A stretch of 64,000 bases of DNA from the human T2T-CHM13v2.0 reference genome, Homo sapiens: NCBI RefSeq assembly GCF_009914755.1, contig NC_060925.1; one strand, 5' to 3'. Under the pieces are notes generated by a model. That model did no database searches and had not been told where the DNA came from. It saw only the letters and a program-made list of their open reading frames with translations. The position numbers were made by a program, and so were the translations under genes. This document shows, in pieces, positions 1 to 64,000 of the stretch; positions within the stretch are counted from its first letter, which is position 1, and every line of letters begins with the position of its first letter.

Positions 1-149
1 GGTCCTCCAGGCTGCGAAAGCCAGGGGGCCTGGGTCTGCACATTGAGGGGGTGGCTGGGCTAAGGAAGGGGAGGAAGATAAGTGGGGCTTGCGGGCTAAG
101 AGGGTCTTGGGGTCCCTGGCCAGAGTTAGTGGGGTGCACTGGGGTCTCC

Positions 150-990
150 AAGGAGGGGTCTGTGGACTAAAGAGGGCCGGCGGGAGGGGGCCCAGGGTCT
201 GTGGGTGTCTCGAGTCTCTGAGGAGGGCCGGGGTCTCAGGGTCTGTGGGGGTCTCTGGCCTGTGGGGTCGGAGTCTCCAGAGTCCTTGGGGCCTGTGGGA
301 GTCTCTGGGGTTTTGTGGGGGGATCCTGTGGGCTGAGGAGGGCTGTGGGGAGGGTCTCAGGGTCTCTGGGGAGGGCCAGTGCCTCGGGGTCTTTGGGGGT
401 CTCTGAGGAGGGCTGGGGGCCCAGGGTCTGTGGGGGTCCCCAGCAGGTGGGGTTGGGGTCTCCGGAGTCCCTGGAGTCTGAGGGTGTCTCTGAGGTCCCA
501 GGGGGGAGTCTATGGCCTGAGGGCTGAGGGGGAGGGTCTCCAGGGTCTCTGAGGAGGGCCGGTGTCCCGGGCAGGCGGGGTCGGGGTCTCCGGAGTTCCT
601 GGGGTCTGAGGGTGTCTCTGGGGTCCCTGAGGGAATCTGTGGGCTGACGAGGCCTGGGGGAGGGTCTCCGAGGAGGGCCGGGGTCCCAGGGTCTGTGGGG
701 GTCTCTGGCAGGCGGGGTCGGGGTGTCCGGAGTCCCTGGGGTCTGAGGGTGTCTCTGGGGTCCCTGAAGGAATCTGTGGGCTGAGGAGGGCTTGGGGAGG
801 GTCTCTGAGGAGCCCCGAGGTCCCCGGCAGGCGGGGTCGAGGTCTCTGGCGTCCCTGGGGTCTGAGGGTGTCTCTGGGGTGCCGGGGAGAGTCTGTGACT
901 TGAGGAGGGCTGGGGGCGGGTCTCGGGGTCTCTGGGGAGGGCCGCGGCCAAGGGTCTGTGCGGGTCTCCGGGTCCCCGGAGTCCCCAGGC
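150..990 (+). repeat. Diverged G-rich tandem repeat upstream of the PLEKHM2 promoter (~120-140 bp higher-order unit built from GGGGTCTCTG/GAGGAGGG submotifs)
   Basis: Anchor GTCTGAGGGTGTCTCTG recurs near 476, 604, 741 and 860; strong G-skew on the + strand. Confidence 0.75.
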
Positions 991-1233
991 GCAGGCGGGC
1001 CCTGGCGCCGCCCCGCCTGACATCAGTTCCTGCCGCCGCCGCCGCCGCGGCGCACAGCCCGCGGCCTCCTTCCCCGCCGGCCGCGCTCCGGAGCCTCCGG
1101 GCCGCGGTGGAGCGAGGGCCCAGGCGAGGCGAGGGCCGGGCGGCGGGCGCCGGGCCCCGCGGCCGGCACGACGGAGCCCCCGTACGGCCGGCGGCAGCGG
1201 TTGGCGGCGGCCCCCGGCCCCCGGCGCGGGAAG

Positions 1234-1290
1234 CGGCGGCGGGGCGGCGGCGGCGGCGGTGGCGGTGGCGGTGGCGGCGACGGTGGCAGC
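1234..1290 (+). repeat. Interrupted (GGC/GGT)n trinucleotide tract in the PLEKHM2 5'UTR
   Basis: gcggcggcggggcggcggcggcggcggtggcggtggcggtggcggcg directly before the ATG. Confidence 0.9.
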
Positions 1291-1293
1291 GCC

Positions 1294-50672
<49,379 letters not shown>

Positions 50673-51480
50673 GGCAGAGCTGGTTGGCGTCCCTGGTGGG
50701 CAGGAAAGGAAGGCACGCCAGCCGGCAGGCACACTGTCACGGCTGTTGTCATGCTGTCGGGAGCCTACAGTCCACCCCTGCCCTGGGCGGCAGAACCACC
50801 GAGTGTGGCTTAAGACAGGGTCCCTCCACTCCAGGGATCCAGATCAGGTGCCCGGCACCCCTGGGCATCCTGCCCGACAGGTAGCGAATGGAGGTCGCTG
50901 GGGGCAGAGGGTCCGAGCCCTGTGGGCTCTGCGGATGCACGCCCTCCTCCCGGGCCTCCGCCTCAGTCTGCAGAATTTCTGCCGAGTGGCACCGAGAACA
51001 CCATCCATCTAAGGACGAACAAAAGAACCAGGAGGGCGGGACCCCCCTCTTCCTCTCCTGGGTTGGGGGCTGGGGCCCTGAGTGCCCAGCCATCCTTGTT
51101 CGTGTTTGAACACTCTCCTGGCCACGTGGGGAAGCGGGAACACGGGGTGTCTGCGCATGTTTCCTCCTCCTAGCTCCATCACTGCGCACACAGCTGCCTG
51201 CCTCGCCAGATGCAGGGGGGCGGGCAGCCCTCCCTGGCTGCCAGGAGGCTCTGCATGCCCACAGTCCTGCCCTGCCTGTCCCCTCAACCCGGCAGTGCCT
51301 GTAGCACCGAGGAGCAAAGGGGGTGGATGGGGGGCTTGGAGAAGGGCGGAGCCCACCAGCCTGGCATCCATGTTGACATCTTCTGACTGTCCCCTGCTTG
51401 GCTGGAGCCAGGCCCTTCCCTAGAGTTTCGTCAAGAGCCTCCTGGGGAAGGGGTCAGGTGGTTTGGGTTTTGTTTTTTAA

Positions 51481-51486
51481 AATAAA
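51481..51486 (+). terminator. PLEKHM2: PLEKHM2 polyadenylation signal
   Basis: AATAAA preceded by a U-rich tract, ~810 nt after the stop codon. Confidence 0.85.
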
Positions 51487-51829
51487 ATAGACATGTTATA
51501 TTGCCAAGGCTTGTCACTGGCCCTTTTTGAGCAGGGTAGGGGAAGGGAGCTCTCCAAATCCCTTGGGCCCTTTTCTGCAAACCTTCCTCCATCATCTGCC
51601 CTGTGCCTGACACAAGGGACACACGGGACATGCAGAACCAGATCAGCCACCGCTGCCGGGCGGACTCACCGTCTGCAGACCCTCAGGCCCTGGGAGTTTC
51701 TCGGCCCGACCTTTGCCCTCCGTCCTGTTCCTGTTTGCTGCAGCAGCCAGGGGAGGAGCAGCCACCAGCTCAAGCCCCAGGGCACGTCTGCACCGCCGCC
51801 CACCATCTGCAGCCCACCCCGGGGCAGGA

Positions 51830-52217
51830 CGCTCCTGCCTCCACAGCCCCGGGGGTGAGTGCCCAAACCCAGGAGAATCCAAGCTGTCCTCGCTGCCTCT
51901 TGCTGCGCCGTCCCCTCCAGGGCTGGCCAGAGGGTGACAACCCTGCCAGGCCGGGAGCCTGAGGCCCTCAAGCCACTCAGCATTGCTGCCTCAAGGGCCT
52001 GGGAGGGAAGGGGTGGGCCCTGGGAGGTGGGTGTGGGACTCCAACTTGGGTGGTTCTGCCTCTAGTTTGGACTGGGCCTTGGGTGACTGAGGGTGGCCTG
52101 GCAGGAGAGAGCTGTCTGGGGGCAGAGGCCAAGGTGGGCATGTTGGTACCGGCCCCAGCCTGAGCAGACACACCTGACAGCTGGCCCAGGTGGCGTTCTC
52201 TTCTCAGCGGGCACAAA
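51830..52217 (+). repeat. Local direct duplication, copy 2 (between the PLEKHM2 poly(A) site and SLC25A34)
   Basis: Same alignment; carries two ~30-bp segments absent from copy 1. Confidence 0.92.
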
Positions 52218-52879
52218 GGGCATCCCAGGGCAGGCCTGGCAGCAAGTCCTTACCAGCCAAGGTCACTCCTCAAGTCCTACTCACCCAGGTGCCCTGAAGT
52301 CCTGGGAGCAGCGAGGGGGGCATAGGAGCCAGAGGCAGTGGGGGTGGGGGCGAGCAGGCGATGCGGGTGCCTTTATCGGGTGCAGCACTGACCTAGGCAC
52401 ACTCTTCTCATCGCCAGTCCTCCACAGAACCTTCTGGAGTGGATGTCAGTATCTCCATTTTACAAATGAGAGAAACTGAAGCTCTGAGAGGAAGTGACTT
52501 GCCCAGGGGTCACACATGAGAGCCACACCTGGGATTCCAATCAGCTCCCCAGGGCTCCAGAGCCCTTCTCTACTTCTGACCCTGCTGAGCATGGGCCTAT
52601 AGACGGTGGGAGCCAGACTGAAGACTTGAGTCCTGGAAAGGGGAAGTCAGTCACCAGGGGCATATCAGGGGCAGGGTGGGGCAGGGGCGGAGTTGGCCGT
52701 GTACCCCATGCCAGGGACCTCCCAGTCACTTGCCCCCTGCCTAGGGCTCTGCCAAAGCTGGACAGGCTAAGCCAGAGGCAAGGCAGGGGTGCCAGCCCTT
52801 TGCCCAGGGCCAGAGGGAGGCCAGGAGGAGGTGCCTGGGCTGGTTGGCACCTTCTCCCTATCCACGCTCTCCCTCCAGT

Positions 52880-53010
52880 CCCAAGTGACCTTTCCCCCAG
52901 ATCCCAGGGTCCAGGCCCGCCCTCGGCTGGCAGGTGTGGGCACAGAGGCAGCTGGGATTGGTCGCAGCTGGCGGAGGCGCGTCCCAGGCTCCGGCAGACC
53001 GCTGGAACAG
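52880..53010 (+). promoter_or_regulatory. SLC25A34: Putative SLC25A34 proximal promoter (DR1-like element, inverted CCAAT, E-boxes)
   Basis: TGACCT-T-TCCCCC 52886-52898, ATTGG 52957-52961, several CAGCTG/CAGGTG. Confidence 0.5.
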
Positions 53011-53094
53011 CTGAGCAGAGCAGGTGGACTGCTGAGATAGACCAGGGACACCAGGCAGCCACAGGCCTGTCAGACCAGGACCCTTACCCTCTAG

Positions 53095-56144
<3,050 letters not shown>

Positions 56145-56739
56145 ACGACGGCCCTCACCCCCACGTCCTGACACGGCCGGCACTTGGCCGGAAGTGAGAG
56201 CCTGCTCCAGGACAACTGGCTGTCCCGGGGCGGGCCATGGGCCCAGGCCCTGCCAGAGGTCCCGGGAGAGTGTGGACAGCTCTGGTCCATCCAGCCCCTT
56301 GGCCCACCCAGGTCCAGAGCATCCACTTCAAGTTACCACCCATTCTGTCTTCCAGACAGTTCTCTTCCTTCTCTGTACTGCGTACTGGGTCACCACATCC
56401 CAGAGCCTTGCTCAGTTATAGCAACTGCTGCGGGCGTGCACATGGCATAGGCCCAGTAACTTACATACATCGGCTCACTTAGGCCTCAGACAGCAGCACG
56501 AGGCAGGCACTTTTACTTCTTTTACCATTAGAAAGCCAAGGCCTAGAGTGGTGGGCTTTGACCACAGCCACACAATTTTGAAGTGGCAGAGCCAGGACTG
56601 GAGCTTAGCCCTGCTCACCCTAGACCTATGCGCTTGACAAGTGCGTGACTGTGACAGGCCCATGGGCCCGGACTGCCCATAGGGGTCACTGTACCATGGC
56701 AAAGGCTGAGGTGCACCAGGAGGCTGTGGCGTCGTCACC

Positions 56740-57720
<981 letters not shown>

Positions 57721-58101
57721 TCAGCCAACATCATCTAAGGGCTCTCACGGAGGGCCTCCCAGCTGCCCGCCCTGTGGGCATTTGCACATATCCTGACAAG
57801 CCTGAAAGAAGCTCCGGGTGCCCATTGTTCAGTCCAGGTGCCCATTGTTCCCGGGACTGAGGCCCGGGAAAGGGAAGCGACGTGGCAGGGCCAGCAGCAG
57901 ACCCTGGGCCTTTCTCTAGACTGAGCACCATTCCCCGTGGGTGTGCTCTCAGCGCCGCACCGACCTTCACACTGCAGAGATGGATGCCAACTCCCTGGCA
58001 GGGGCAGGACTGCTGCCGAGCAGCCCCACCTGCCCTCCCAGCCACACCCCAAGTCTGTAAGGGCCGCTCCCAGGAACACCTGCTACTGCACACTCCAAAC
58101 C

Positions 58102-58107
58102 AATAAA
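58102..58107 (+). terminator. SLC25A34: SLC25A34 polyadenylation signal
   Basis: First AATAAA seen after the stop, followed by U-rich sequence; ~2-kb 3'UTR. Confidence 0.75.
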
Positions 58108-58536
58108 GTTTTATATTTTGTTTACTTCAACGACCCTCCTCTGTGGTGAATCTCAGTCTCCCCCATCCCTGACCCCCACCTTCTGCTCCCTCTGCCCTTT
58201 CTGTTTGTGAAAGCAGGATGGGAGCCGTGGTCCACCTGTTCAGCTCCGCCCTGCTGGACCCAGGTGAGGCCTGCCACCTAGTGGACCCAGGGAGGAGCAT
58301 CAGGAAGGGCGGCCCCGGCCTGTGGGAGGAGAAGGCTCAGGCAGGCTCGGGCTGCAGGAGATTCCACACCGAGTCAGAGCCGGAGGCTTTGGGAAGCTGG
58401 AACCAGACCTTACAAAAAGCAGGCAGAGCTGACCTCCTGGCTGTGGGGGAAGAGAGCCCCAGACCTCAGGCTGAGAGGGCACAGCTGATCTCTGGCTATG
58501 GGGGGATAGAGTCCCTACTCTCAGACCCTGGGCTGA

Positions 58537-58960
<424 letters not shown>

Positions 58961-59239
58961 TCCTCCCTCAAGGAAGATTTCAAGTAAAGTGGATGCCAGA
59001 CTTTAGCAGGGACAGAGACCAGAGACCAGCCCAGAGACACCTGTCCCTTCACCCCACACTGCCCAAATGGGGAGCCCGGGCAGCAGCTGGCTCCAGGCAC
59101 CCCGTGTGCCTGGAGCTGGGACCTTGCCCTTCTGGGCCTCGAAGGGTTAACACCCCTGGCTCTCCTCCCCTCCCCTCCCCTGGGCCTTTGACCCCTCCCA
59201 GCCTCTCTCCTTCCCTCCACCGACACCTTTGCCCAGTGA

Positions 59240-64000
<4,761 letters not shown>

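Overview
Human (primate) genomic DNA, recognised from the translated exons as the PLEKHM2 - SLC25A34 - TMEM82 locus (1p36). All three genes are on the + strand. PLEKHM2/SKIP is complete: 20 GT-AG coding exons at 1294-50672 add up to 3060 nt (1019 aa + stop), with a CpG-island promoter and a 31.6-kb Alu-saturated first intron. SLC25A34 is complete: 5 exons, 915 nt, 304 aa, a mitochondrial carrier. TMEM82 exons 1-5 are present and its last exon lies beyond the window. The rest is Alu, L1, L2, MIR, MaLR and hAT relics; almost all long ORFs in the track are Alu or GC-rich artefacts. The sequence does not support a wholly new multi-gene system. The best second-look items are: (1) a non-repeat ~95% identical direct duplication bracketing the PLEKHM2 last exon and poly(A) site, carrying a strong cryptic donor that predicts an NMD-escaping alternative C-terminus; (2) a PLEKHM2 5'UTR fully open in the main frame, with a Kozak-context ACG and a GGC/GGT poly-Gly tract; (3) a 60-nt symmetric cassette exon holding the second kinesin-binding W-acidic motif, with an RBFOX site downstream; (4) an apparent compensated double-indel allele in TMEM82 exon 5; (5) paired loss of one matrix salt bridge in SLC25A34. 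Repeat subfamily calls and boundaries are by eye and approximate.
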